Assembly: GCA_965242925.1 (NCBI GenBank)
Contig: CBDEUM010000004.1
Span: 1-64,000, forward strand
Length of the DNA stretch: 64,000 nucleotides
Origin: Roseibacillus sp.
GTDB lineage: Bacteria; Verrucomicrobiota; Verrucomicrobiia; Verrucomicrobiales; Akkermansiaceae
Direction: 5' to 3'
Shown: piece after piece, positions 1 through 9,152 of the stretch
How the letters are laid out: every line of letters starts with the position of its first letter
Numbering within the stretch: the first letter of the stretch is position 1
Notes under the pieces: generated by a model
The model's input: the letters and a program-made list of their open reading frames with translations, nothing else
Databases searched by the model: none
What the model was told of the DNA's origin: nothing
Made by a program: the position numbers and the translations under genes

Positions 1-2
1 CC

Positions 3-143
3 GCAGAGAGTTACCAGGCGGCTATCAGGCGTCGACCGAATGACCTGGTCTCCCTGGTCGGCTACCGTGATTCCCTGATTAGAATCGGGCGTAAGGATGA
101 AGCGGAGGAAGTGGGCAAGATCATCTCCACAGTGAAGAAGTAA
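3..143 (+). CDS. 3' end of a gene truncated by the window edge, probably a TPR-containing protein
   Basis: Manual translation AESYQAAIRRRPNDLVSLVGYRDSLIRIGRKDEAEEVGKIISTVKK* has a TPR-like pattern; TAA at 141-143. Confidence 0.55.
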   Translation, partial: AESYQAAIRRRPNDLVSLVGYRDSLIRIGRKDEAEEVGKIISTVKK

Positions 144-151
144 GATGCCAG

Positions 152-1381
152 TCAGGCGGCCAGCACCTCCGAGCGCTTGATTCCGCGCAGTTCGAAAGCG
201 CGCAGAATTGTGGCCTCGATGAGGTTGGCAGGGCAGGATGCTCCGGCGGTGATCCCGAGGACGATCGGCCCGTCGGCGAACAGCTTGGATGGGTAGTCGC
301 TCTTGATCTCCTCTTTTTTCTTGAGATCATAGTTGGCGATCTTTTCGAGAGAAGTGAGGCAACTGACATCCCGAATGAAGAAGGTGGGCAATTGCTCCTG
401 GCCCATCTCAACCAGGTGCGAGGTGTTGGAGCTGTTATAGCCACCGACAACGAGGAGGATGTCCAGGGGCTCGCGAAGCATGTCGATGAGGGCATCCTGG
501 CGCTCCTGCGTGGCGCCGCAAATGGTATCGAAGACCTGGAAGCGTTTCGTAGAACCGTCCCGATCTCTTACGGCGGCACTGATGCGACGCTGGAGCTCTT
601 CAGTTTCACTTTTCAGCATGGTGGTCTGATTGGCCACTCCCAGTTCCTTGAGATGGAGATCGGGATTGAAGTCATCCGAGGTGGCGCCTTCGAAGCGGGT
701 GAGAAATTCGTCGTGATTTCCTCCATGGCGGATGTAGTCGCAGATGTAATCGGCTTCCTCCAGGGTGAGCACGACGAGGTAGTGCCCCTCCTGGTTCTCG
801 TCCTGTGCGCGAGAGGCTGTGGCACGGGTTTCCTCATGTCCCTTCTTGCCGTGAATGATGGAGGTGATCCCGTTCTTCGCGTAGGTTCGCACACGGCGCC
901 AGACCTTCATGACGTCGCCGCAGGTGGTGTCGATGACGTAGCACCCCGCATCTTCGATCTTGTGCATGAAGGCGGTTGGGGCTCCGAAGGCTGGAACGAG
1001 AACCACGTCATCCTCGGTGAGAGTATCGTATCGTTCGTCCATCTCCATCCAGGGAAGGGATACGATGCCCATATCCTCAAGTTGCCGATTCACCTCGGGG
1101 TTGTGGATAATTTCACCGATGAGGAAGATGTTATTGTCGGCGAAGACGCGGCGGGCCGCGTAGGCGAGATCAATGGCGCGTTCCACTCCGTAGCAGAAGC
1201 CAAATTTCTGGGCGAGACGGAGGGTTGTGTTGCCGATGGTGAGGGTGCCGCCACGCTCGCGCAATTTCTCGATGATTGGCGAGCGGTAGTGCTGCTCAAC
1301 CTCAGCCTGGACCTCCTCCATGATGTCGGGTCGGCGTACGTTTACCCGCTTACGCTTCTGTTTGGAGGGAGCCTTGCTCAC
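152..1381 (-). CDS. ispH: 4-hydroxy-3-methylbut-2-enyl diphosphate reductase (long form)
   Basis: Three Fe-S cysteine motifs FGFCYGV, DTTCG and DTICGAT; IIHNP, NQTT, GGYNSSNT and GITAGAS motifs; GTG start. Confidence 0.96.
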   Translation of the reverse strand: MSKAPSKQKRKRVNVRRPDIMEEVQAEVEQHYRSPIIEKLRERGGTLTIGNTTLRLAQKFGFCYGVERAIDLAYAARRVFADNNIFLIGEIIHNPEVNRQLEDMGIVSLPWMEMDERYDTLTEDDVVLVPAFGAPTAFMHKIEDAGCYVIDTTCGDVMKVWRRVRTYAKNGITSIIHGKKGHEETRATASRAQDENQEGHYLVVLTLEEADYICDYIRHGGNHDEFLTRFEGATSDDFNPDLHLKELGVANQTTMLKSETEELQRRISAAVRDRDGSTKRFQVFDTICGATQERQDALIDMLREPLDILLVVGGYNSSNTSHLVEMGQEQLPTFFIRDVSCLTSLEKIANYDLKKKEEIKSDYPSKLFADGPIVLGITAGASCPANLIEATILRAFELRGIKRSEVLAA

Positions 1382-1615
1382 GGGAAAGTAATGGCAGCAT
1401 CCGGGGATACCTCAAGTGTGGTGTGGTGAGTTCCTCCCCTTTTTGAGTGTCATTCGGGAGCGGTGGAATCCGTGTCAGCTACTTTTTTTCCCAGGGAAAG
1501 AAATCGGGAATCGGCGTGGCAATGTGCTTGTGCATTCGACCTGCATATCCATTCGGACGTCCCGGAACATTTGGATCTTTGGTGGGAAGCTTGAGAATTC
1601 TGTCCTTGAGGGGCT

Positions 1616-3376
1616 CTAGGATTGCCGGGGTTGATGATCCAGGGCGTTGAGGGCGGCGACCGCATGATAAGCACTGGAGGCAGTAGGATCGCTGTTTTCG
1701 AGGAGAATTTCAAGGGCCTTGCTGCGTTGTTGTTCGTCACGAGGATGGGTTGCAAGCGCTTCAGCGGCCGCGATCTGGACACTCCGGGAAGGATCATCAA
1801 GCAGTTGCCCCAGCTCTGCATCAAGAGCCCGGGTCAGGTGTTCGCCCCGGTAGAGGCAGGCCAGGACTGCCCAGTAGCGCTGGGAGGGGAGTCTGGCCTT
1901 GAGCATGTGGGCGACCTGATCGACCTTGAGTACCGGTTCCAGAAGGAGGTCGGCGGCCTTGCGGATCTCAGGCACAGAGTAGAAATTCTTCCTGCGGGTG
2001 AGATCGGCGGGGGTGACCCCGTGCTTTCTGGCCAGGTCATGAAACATGCCTTCCGGAAGAAGCGCGACATCAAAGGTCGCTGAAAGGTTGTCATATAGTG
2101 CCGCACGCATTCCGAGGAGTTGTTTCCTGCAAGCCGGGTCTGTCGCCAGGTTATTCGTTTCGTGGGGATCCTCAGTAATGTCGTAGAGTTCCTCAGGGGC
2201 CTTTTTCTCCCAGAAGGCCGATTGAACCTTGTTGAGTTTGCCCTGGTGGAAGAGACGGCGCCAGAGACGGGTTGTCTGAGTCTCCATCTGATAGTGGAGA
2301 ATCTGCCCATGGGGCAGATGGGGCATGAAATTACGGATATAGACGTACTTTCCGTCTACTACGGTACGGGAGCAATCAGGGCGTTCGTCCATGCGTCCCC
2401 GGAAGCCGAAGGAGTATTCTGGATTCGGGGTGACGTATTTGCCGAGGAAGGCTCTGCCCTGTTGGAAGGCCGCAGGTTTGATGCCAGCGAGGGAGAGCAT
2501 GGTGGCACCCAGATCGACGAAGCCGACAAGGCGGTCCGAGGTGTTGCCAGGCTTGTATTCAGGGGGTCTGAGGTGTTTCCACTTCTCGGGGATGTGCACA
2601 ATCATGGGGACATGCAGTCCGCTCCAGCCGGCATAGCGTTTGCCGCGGGGCATGCCTGAGCCGTGGTCAGCCCAGAAGATCACGATAGTGTCTTCATAGA
2701 GGCCTTGTTCCTTCAGGGCGCGGAGGTGGCCCCCGAACCAGTCATCCATCTCGGTCAGACGGTCGTAGTACTGGGCCCAGTTGTCGCGCACGACCGGGAT
2801 GTCAGGGTGATAGGGGGGCAGAGGGACCTTGGACGGGTCGTGCCTGGTCTTGGAATTGCGGGCACGAATTCGGCTCTCGTGGGTGCACGTCTGGTTGAAA
2901 ATAGCGAAGAACGGTTGGCCCTTTTTGCGCTTTTGATAGTGCGCCTTCCCGGAGGACTCATCCCAGATCTGCTTCAGGTTGTGATCGATGTTATAGTCGG
3001 TCTTGGAGTTGTTGGTGCAGTAGTAGCCGGCTTCCCGCAGAAACTCGGGATAGAATTTCAGCCACTCGGGTTTGGATGCCTGTGATCGCATGTGATGGGC
3101 GCCCAGGGAAGGGGCGTACATCCCGCAGATGATGGTGGTGCGGGCTGGTGCGCAAACCGGAGCCGTTGAGATCGCGTTCTGATAAAGCAGGGACTGTTTC
3201 GCAAAAGCGTCGAGGTTGGGAGTGCTGGCGTAATTGTCGCCGTAACATCCGAGGTGTGGTCCGTGGTCCTCGGAGGAGAGCCAGAGGATGTTGGGGCGTT
3301 GGCCCGTTGCAGCCATGAGCGTGCAGAGCCCGGAAGCCAGAAACAGGAAACTGAGAGAGAGGAAACAGCTAAACAT
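1616..3376 (-). CDS. Exported formylglycine-dependent sulfatase with C-terminal HEAT-like repeats; C-terminus probably frameshifted
   Basis: RPNILW, CAPAR (CxPxR), ADHG and EELYD..DPHE..NLA motifs; signal peptide; ATG at 3376 overlaps the uxaC stop (the ORF track extends to 3412). Confidence 0.9.
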   Translation of the reverse strand: MFSCFLSLSFLFLASGLCTLMAATGQRPNILWLSSEDHGPHLGCYGDNYASTPNLDAFAKQSLLYQNAISTAPVCAPARTTIICGMYAPSLGAHHMRSQASKPEWLKFYPEFLREAGYYCTNNSKTDYNIDHNLKQIWDESSGKAHYQKRKKGQPFFAIFNQTCTHESRIRARNSKTRHDPSKVPLPPYHPDIPVVRDNWAQYYDRLTEMDDWFGGHLRALKEQGLYEDTIVIFWADHGSGMPRGKRYAGWSGLHVPMIVHIPEKWKHLRPPEYKPGNTSDRLVGFVDLGATMLSLAGIKPAAFQQGRAFLGKYVTPNPEYSFGFRGRMDERPDCSRTVVDGKYVYIRNFMPHLPHGQILHYQMETQTTRLWRRLFHQGKLNKVQSAFWEKKAPEELYDITEDPHETNNLATDPACRKQLLGMRAALYDNLSATFDVALLPEGMFHDLARKHGVTPADLTRRKNFYSVPEIRKAADLLLEPVLKVDQVAHMLKARLPSQRYWAVLACLYRGEHLTRALDAELGQLLDDPSRSVQIAAAEALATHPRDEQQRSKALEILLENSDPTASSAYHAVAALNALDHQPRQS

Positions 3377-4784
3377 GGTGAGGGAAGGTGAGGTAGGCCT
3401 TGGCGTTTTCATAGCAGATGTTTCGAATCAGGGAATCAAGGAAGTCCCGGTCGTCCGGGATCTCGCCATTTTCAACATCGGTGGCGATCAGATTGCAAAG
3501 GAGACGGCGGAAGTACTCATGCCGGGGATAGGACAGGAAAGAGCGCGAATCGGTGAGCATTCCGATGAAGCGCGATAGGAGGCCGATGGATGCGAGGGTC
3601 TGAATCTGATCGGTCATGCCGCGCAAGGTGTCATTGTACCACCAGGCTGATCCCCACTGGATACGACCGGGGGTGGGGCCTTGCTGGAAGGATCCGCAGG
3701 CAGCGGCGAAAAGGGCGTTGTCGCGCGGATTGAGGTTGTAGAGGATGGTCTTGGGGAGGGCATCCACGCGGTCGAGGAGATCCAGGAACCGAAGCAAGCG
3801 GTTTCCCTGTGGCCAGTCGCCTATTGTATCGAATCCGGAGTCCGGACCGAGCTGATCGAAGTGGCGGGAGTTGGGATTGCGGACGGGTGAGAGATGGAGC
3901 TGCATGGCCCAGTCCCGGTCAGAATTCCAACGCCCGATCTGTTGCATGAGAAAAGAGGTGAACTGATCGACTTCGGCGGCATGAGCGGCGTGTCCCGAGC
4001 GGGCATTCTGGAATATCGAGACCGCCTCCTTTTCGGTGCAGGTTTCCGAGGGACAGTAACGCATTCCGTGATCAGAGAGGCGGCATCCGGCGGCGTGAAA
4101 GTCATCATGACGCTTGCGCAGCGCCTCGAGCAGTTCAGGGAGCGACTGGATCTCCAGGTCGCATTCCTGCTCGAGTTGATCGCAGAAGGGATTGAGAATA
4201 TGGGGGCGGTCGACCATGACAGCCTTGTCTGGCCGGAAGGTGGGATAAATCCTGGTGGGAAGATCGAGAGTGGCGCAGGCCTGATGCTGCGAAAGGGAGT
4301 CGGAGGGATCATCGGTGGTCCCCACGGTATCCACGCGGAAGCGGGTGAGCAGTCCATGTGCACAGAAGTCGTCTTCGGCGAGGCGCTCGTTAGCAGCATG
4401 CCATATATTCTCTGCGGTGTCCGGGTTGAGCAGGGTATCGATGCCAAAGCAGCGACGGAGTTCGAGATGGGTCCAGTGGAAGAGCGGATTTCCGGTGGTA
4501 TGAGGAACGGTTTGGGCCCAGGCCTGGAACTTTTCCCGGGGTGAGGCGGACCCGGTGATATGAGATTCGGGGATCCCATTTGCCCGCATGGCACGCCATT
4601 TGTAGTGATCCTCCCCGAGCCATAGGGCGGTGATGTTCTCCCACCGTTGATTCTCGGCGACCTCTCGTGGCGGGAGGTGGGTGTGGTAGTCGATAATCGG
4701 CTGAACTGCAGCCACATCGTGGAAGAGGCGCTCGGCGGTTCCGCTATGGAGGAGGAAGTTGTCGTCCAGAAAGGCGCGCGGCAT
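3369..4784 (-). CDS. uxaC: Glucuronate (uronate) isomerase
   Basis: IIDYHTHL, DHYKWRAMR, GSAWWYND and GMLTDSRSFLSYPRHEYFRR motifs. Confidence 0.97.
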   Translation of the reverse strand: MPRAFLDDNFLLHSGTAERLFHDVAAVQPIIDYHTHLPPREVAENQRWENITALWLGEDHYKWRAMRANGIPESHITGSASPREKFQAWAQTVPHTTGNPLFHWTHLELRRCFGIDTLLNPDTAENIWHAANERLAEDDFCAHGLLTRFRVDTVGTTDDPSDSLSQHQACATLDLPTRIYPTFRPDKAVMVDRPHILNPFCDQLEQECDLEIQSLPELLEALRKRHDDFHAAGCRLSDHGMRYCPSETCTEKEAVSIFQNARSGHAAHAAEVDQFTSFLMQQIGRWNSDRDWAMQLHLSPVRNPNSRHFDQLGPDSGFDTIGDWPQGNRLLRFLDLLDRVDALPKTILYNLNPRDNALFAAACGSFQQGPTPGRIQWGSAWWYNDTLRGMTDQIQTLASIGLLSRFIGMLTDSRSFLSYPRHEYFRRLLCNLIATDVENGEIPDDRDFLDSLIRNICYENAKAYLTFPHHV

Positions 4785-4986
4785 GCAGGGACGTTAGGGG
4801 TCTCCCGAGAGGGAGGGAACCGCAATTTTCAATCGTCTCCGGGATTCGGGCCTGCTGTCGCGAGGATTCCCTCTTCGTTAATGGGAATGCTCTGCAGCGA
4901 GCCGGCAATGGTGTCCTGGACCTCTGTTCTGGTCGGTGGAGTTTCTGGCCGGGGATTTAGGGGGAAGTGGAAGAGGGCGGAAGGGG

Positions 4987-6405
4987 TCATTTCCCACTGG
5001 TTTTTTTCTGACGGACCCGGTCGTATTCCGGGTTGATACAGCGGTTCGTCCACTGGTTCAGAACCTCTCGGAGGCCGGCGTCGGATTCGGGATACTGCCC
5101 CTTGTCGTCGGTGCGTTTCTGCCAGTCATTCAGGATTCCGCGGTGACGCTTGAGTTCGTCGGCAAAATCTGGATCCCCGGCAAGGTTCCGGATTTCATGC
5201 GGGTCCTTCTCAAGGTCGTAGAGTTCCTCTTCCGGGCGTGGACCAAAAAAGATCTTGTCGGTGAGGGGCGGAAGGGTTCCAGCAGCGTGCCCCTTGCGGA
5301 GAAAGATGACGTAATCACGATTGTCCCGATACTGGGGTTGAAGGAGGGGGCGATCGGGAAGGAAGTTCCGGATGTAACGGTAACGATCAGTGCGGACACT
5401 CCGGATATAATCGATGGTGTAATCACAGCGATCGCGGGCGGAGATGACATGCTCACGGGCCTTGAAGTTATCCGCGAAGAGATCCACACCATCGAAATAG
5501 TCCGGAATTTCAATGCCGGCGAAAGCGAGGCTGGTGGCAGAGATATCGAGGGTGGAAGTCAGTCCCCTGCGCACAGCACCGGGTTTGACGCGTTTGTCGG
5601 GTCCGACGATGATGAGTGGCACGTGGGTGCCGGATTCGGTGCAGAATTGCTTGGCACGGACGGAGTGATTATTCCCGTGGTCAGTGAACCAGAAGATGAT
5701 GGTGTTTTCCAGGAGGCCATCGGACTTCAGGTTGTCCATGATCCTGCGCGTGTCTTCATCAGTCTGGCGCACGGTATCATAGTGGTGCGCATGCCACTTG
5801 CGGAAGAGATCGTTCTTGGGGAAATAGGGCGGGGGAGTCACGGAAGGAGGGGCTACCTTGTCAGCCCATTTCCTGGTGTTGCTTTTGCCACCTGCCAGTT
5901 GAATTTGACCGAACCATGGTTTGCCCTTGGGGACCTTTCTCCATGCCGCCAAGTCGCGTTTCCTGCCCTCAACCGAGTACAAGTCGCTGGCCTTGAATAC
6001 GAAGTTGTAGTCTTCCTTCCCTGAGTTGAATGTTGAATAGCCGTTCCTTCGAAAGAGTTGAGGGACCGTGGTGATCCCCTTGGGGAGATGGATGGCGCCC
6101 TCCTTGGTTCTTGACGAACGGTGATTGTGCAATCCGGTAGTGGTCTGATAGGCGCCGGTGATCATGGCGGAGCGGCAGGGAGAGCAGACCGGGCAGGGGA
6201 CGTAGCAGCGGGTGAAGCGGACGCCCCTGGCTGCGAGGGAATCAATGTTGGGAGTCTTGTCCGCGTTGATTTTGTCCCCGTAGCACCCGATCCAGGGTGA
6301 CATGTCCTCGATGAAGATCCAGAGGATGTTGGGCCTGCTCGTGGCCTGGCAGGTCCAACCGGTGAGGAGGAGCAGCAGGCAGAGTATGGGAGTGAATCGA
6401 TTCAT
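4987..6405 (-). CDS. Exported formylglycine-dependent sulfatase
   Basis: Signal peptide; RPNILW, CSPCR (CxPxR), TDHG and EELYDLEKDPHEIRNLA motifs. Confidence 0.93.
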   Translation of the reverse strand: MNRFTPILCLLLLLTGWTCQATSRPNILWIFIEDMSPWIGCYGDKINADKTPNIDSLAARGVRFTRCYVPCPVCSPCRSAMITGAYQTTTGLHNHRSSRTKEGAIHLPKGITTVPQLFRRNGYSTFNSGKEDYNFVFKASDLYSVEGRKRDLAAWRKVPKGKPWFGQIQLAGGKSNTRKWADKVAPPSVTPPPYFPKNDLFRKWHAHHYDTVRQTDEDTRRIMDNLKSDGLLENTIIFWFTDHGNNHSVRAKQFCTESGTHVPLIIVGPDKRVKPGAVRRGLTSTLDISATSLAFAGIEIPDYFDGVDLFADNFKAREHVISARDRCDYTIDYIRSVRTDRYRYIRNFLPDRPLLQPQYRDNRDYVIFLRKGHAAGTLPPLTDKIFFGPRPEEELYDLEKDPHEIRNLAGDPDFADELKRHRGILNDWQKRTDDKGQYPESDAGLREVLNQWTNRCINPEYDRVRQKKTSGK

Positions 6406-6484
6406 GGGCAGGCTCTCCTACGACGTGAAGCCGCTAATCTCTCAGAGAGAACGCTCCAAGGCACAGGCGTTACTTTCGTCGCTG

Positions 6485-7906
6485 CTAGCCTCTGACGAAG
6501 ATGGCCTTTAGAATGAAGTAAAAAATTGCGGCCAGACCACCACCGGCAGGAATGGTAATAATCCATGACACAGCGATGTCACGAACCACTTTGAGGTTCA
6601 GGTAGTCGATCCCCCGTGCCAGTCCGATTCCCAAGACGGCTCCCACCAGGGTGTGCGTGGTAGAGATGGGGAATCCCATGCGACTCGCGATCACGATGGT
6701 GGTGGCAGCACCGATATTGGCCGCGAATCCCCGACTGGGAGTCAGTTCGGTGATCTTCTTGCCCACCGTTTCCATCACCTTATAGCCCCAGGTAGCAAGG
6801 CCAATCACGATTCCCGCCCCGCCAAGAAGGAGGATCCATAAGGGAACGGGAGCGCTATCGGCGATTTCGCCGGTTCTCAGGATCTCGACCACTGCTGCCA
6901 GCGGGCCAATCGCGTTGGCAACATCGTTGGCTCCATGGGCGAAGGCCAGGAAACAGGCGCTCAAAACCATGAGGGTCGCAAATATCTGCTCCATTTTCGT
7001 ATATTCAAACTGGCGCCGGTGTTCCCATCGCTTGCTAGGCGTTTTCGATCCAGGGGCGAGAGGGGGGCGCAGAATGGGTTCCATGTCGGGATCGGACTTC
7101 CGTACGAAGGGAACCCCTTCCGGGTGATCGTCCTCTAGTTCAATCCCCTCCTCGGCGCGCTGCTTGTTGTGCTTCACCTTCATCTTGCGCACCCAGGCTG
7201 CCCCCAAGGCGAAGCAGACCATCCCGATGACGGCCGCTACGATGAGGGCCTGCCAGAGATTGAGGTCAAGTTTCAGGTTTTTCAGCCCCTTGTAGACCAT
7301 GACCAGAGTGAGGACGAAGCCGATGTAAGAGACTAGGTAAGGGGTGAAGCGGTAGGTCTGGCTCAGCGGCTTCTTGTGATTGATGATCCGGCGTTGAATG
7401 AAACGAAAGAGAAAGAAGGATATCGCGCCTCCACAGAGAGGGGAGGTCACCCAGGAAGCCGCAATTTCAAAGACCTTGGGCCACTTCACGATTTCGGCTC
7501 CTCCGATCACGATCGCAATCCCGACCACGGCGCCCACGATTGAGTGGGTGGTGGAGACTGGCCAGCCGAACCAGGTGGCCGTCTGCAGCCAGACCGCGGC
7601 GGCCAGGAGGGCCGCCAGGAAGCCGAGGACCAGCAACATGGGTTCAAAAACGGAGGGATCGAAAATACCCTTACGTACCGTATTGGTGACGTGGCTGCCC
7701 ACCAGGACGGCGCCTGCCAGCTCCATGATGGCGGCGATGAGCACGGCCTGGGCGACAGTCAACGCACCAGAACCGACTGAAGTCCCCATCGCGTTCGCCA
7801 CGTCATTGGCTCCGATATTCCACGCCATGTAGAAACCAAACACCAATGCCAGAATCAGGAGGATGTGCCCGTAGGGGAGGGTGGTTTCAAAGATTGCAAG
7901 GATCAT
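6485..7906 (-). CDS. Inorganic phosphate transporter (PiT family)
   Basis: Two GANDVANA signature motifs, PVSTTH and PISTTH motifs, many TM segments. Confidence 0.95.
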   Translation of the reverse strand: MILAIFETTLPYGHILLILALVFGFYMAWNIGANDVANAMGTSVGSGALTVAQAVLIAAIMELAGAVLVGSHVTNTVRKGIFDPSVFEPMLLVLGFLAALLAAAVWLQTATWFGWPVSTTHSIVGAVVGIAIVIGGAEIVKWPKVFEIAASWVTSPLCGGAISFFLFRFIQRRIINHKKPLSQTYRFTPYLVSYIGFVLTLVMVYKGLKNLKLDLNLWQALIVAAVIGMVCFALGAAWVRKMKVKHNKQRAEEGIELEDDHPEGVPFVRKSDPDMEPILRPPLAPGSKTPSKRWEHRRQFEYTKMEQIFATLMVLSACFLAFAHGANDVANAIGPLAAVVEILRTGEIADSAPVPLWILLLGGAGIVIGLATWGYKVMETVGKKITELTPSRGFAANIGAATTIVIASRMGFPISTTHTLVGAVLGIGLARGIDYLNLKVVRDIAVSWIITIPAGGGLAAIFYFILKAIFVRG

Positions 7907-7908
7907 AA

Positions 7909-8592
7909 TTAATTCCTTTGATTCTCAATAATAATCCTGATCCCGTTGGCCGTCTTGTCAGAGTAGGCGCTTAACTCCTGGAGCAGGCTCACGATCTTGA
8001 CCCACAGGATGATCTCCACCGGCGACAGGCTTGCGTCGGCCGCATAGATCTTGCGGGTGGCTTCCAGACAGGCATCGCGCGTAGAATCGTCCCGCCCCCG
8101 GAGTTCATTGATGAGCTTCATCACCGTTTCTGTATCACGGTCGGCAAAGGAAGACTTTATGAGCAGTTCCACCTTGGAGATCACTCCCGAAGCCAAGGTG
8201 CAGTTTTCCAGGACGATTGAGATGAAGCGCGCAATGTCATCCCGGATGGCTTCCGGTAGTGGAAGTGCCCGGAAGGTGAAACTAGTGGCAATTTCCTCGG
8301 CCATGTCTGCCATGGAATCCTGCTGCTCAACCGTGTCGAACAACTCGCCCCGGCTGACGGGAAGCATGAGCTTGCCCGAAAGCACCTCGTGAATCCTGTT
8401 GCGCACCTGATCCGCCTCCGTCTCCAACTCGGATACCTCGGTTGCCAATTTCCGGATCTCTTCTTCGCTCCCCCCCTTGAGAACAACAGAGAGTAGAGAC
8501 GAAAGCCGGACCACACATTCCTCCACCTTCCGACCGTGATCCACCACGTAAATGAACGGAGATCGGCCAAACAAACCCGAAAGCGCCTTCAT
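7909..8592 (-). CDS. DUF47 / TIGR00153 PhoU-like phosphate transport regulator
   Basis: N-terminal LFGRSPF, ELETEAD and QQDSMAD motifs; sits directly upstream of the PiT gene; start moved to ATG 8592. Confidence 0.85.
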   Translation of the reverse strand: MKALSGLFGRSPFIYVVDHGRKVEECVVRLSSLLSVVLKGGSEEEIRKLATEVSELETEADQVRNRIHEVLSGKLMLPVSRGELFDTVEQQDSMADMAEEIATSFTFRALPLPEAIRDDIARFISIVLENCTLASGVISKVELLIKSSFADRDTETVMKLINELRGRDDSTRDACLEATRKIYAADASLSPVEIILWVKIVSLLQELSAYSDKTANGIRIIIENQRN

Positions 8593-8666
8593 GAGAATTG
8601 GTAGTGTATTTGCATCTGGTGACGCTTGAATATACAATTATGCCAAGGAATCAGGCACCAAATTTT

Positions 8667-8682
8667 GTGACAGAGTTGTCAC
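8667..8682. promoter_or_regulatory. Palindromic candidate operator GTGACA-N4-TGTCAC
   Basis: Perfect 6-bp inverted repeat 75 bp upstream of the DUF47-PiT start. Confidence 0.35.
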
Positions 8683-9152
8683 TTTGGAGCCTCGCTTTTC
8701 ACACTGTGGGTCCAGTTATTGGGGCCATGGCAGTATTTGGCCTGATTGGTTGATGCAGGGGTTGGCAAATCATTGAAGCCGATGCTAACAAGCGGCGTTT
8801 CGAATCGGGGAGAGCGGGAAGGATCAGGGAATGCCGTTTTCCAGATTTGATTCAGGGGGGCGCAGGAAGGGCGAACTACCCCCACCCCGGAGTAACCCTA
8901 ATGTGGCTCTTATAGTGGCTCTCCCAGCGATTTTCCGAGCCCATTTCATCCACAAATCTCTTAATTTCACCGGGTTAATGAGAGAGAGGTTGGATTTGGA
9001 ATTATTCCCGAAACGCCTCGACTTGCGATACACCGTCGAGGCATATTAGAGACGAAACTGTTTTTACAATGTGTTGACAAAAATGGGGAATCTAAATCCG
9101 TCCCGAGCACGTTTAATAGGTAGGGAAAAGCATCGAAAAAGAAAAATTTACA

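Noticed and set aside
392..1429. Long antisense ORFs (this one and e.g. 4936-6024, 25993-27141, 27517-28527, 29435-30418, 49372-50436, 58048-59205, 61444-62427)
   Set aside because: They shadow well-supported genes on the opposite strand, have no motifs, and are expected from GC-rich codon bias
9075..9103. Sigma-70 promoter based on a perfect TTGACA
   Set aside because: No convincing -10 hexamer at 16-18 bp spacing
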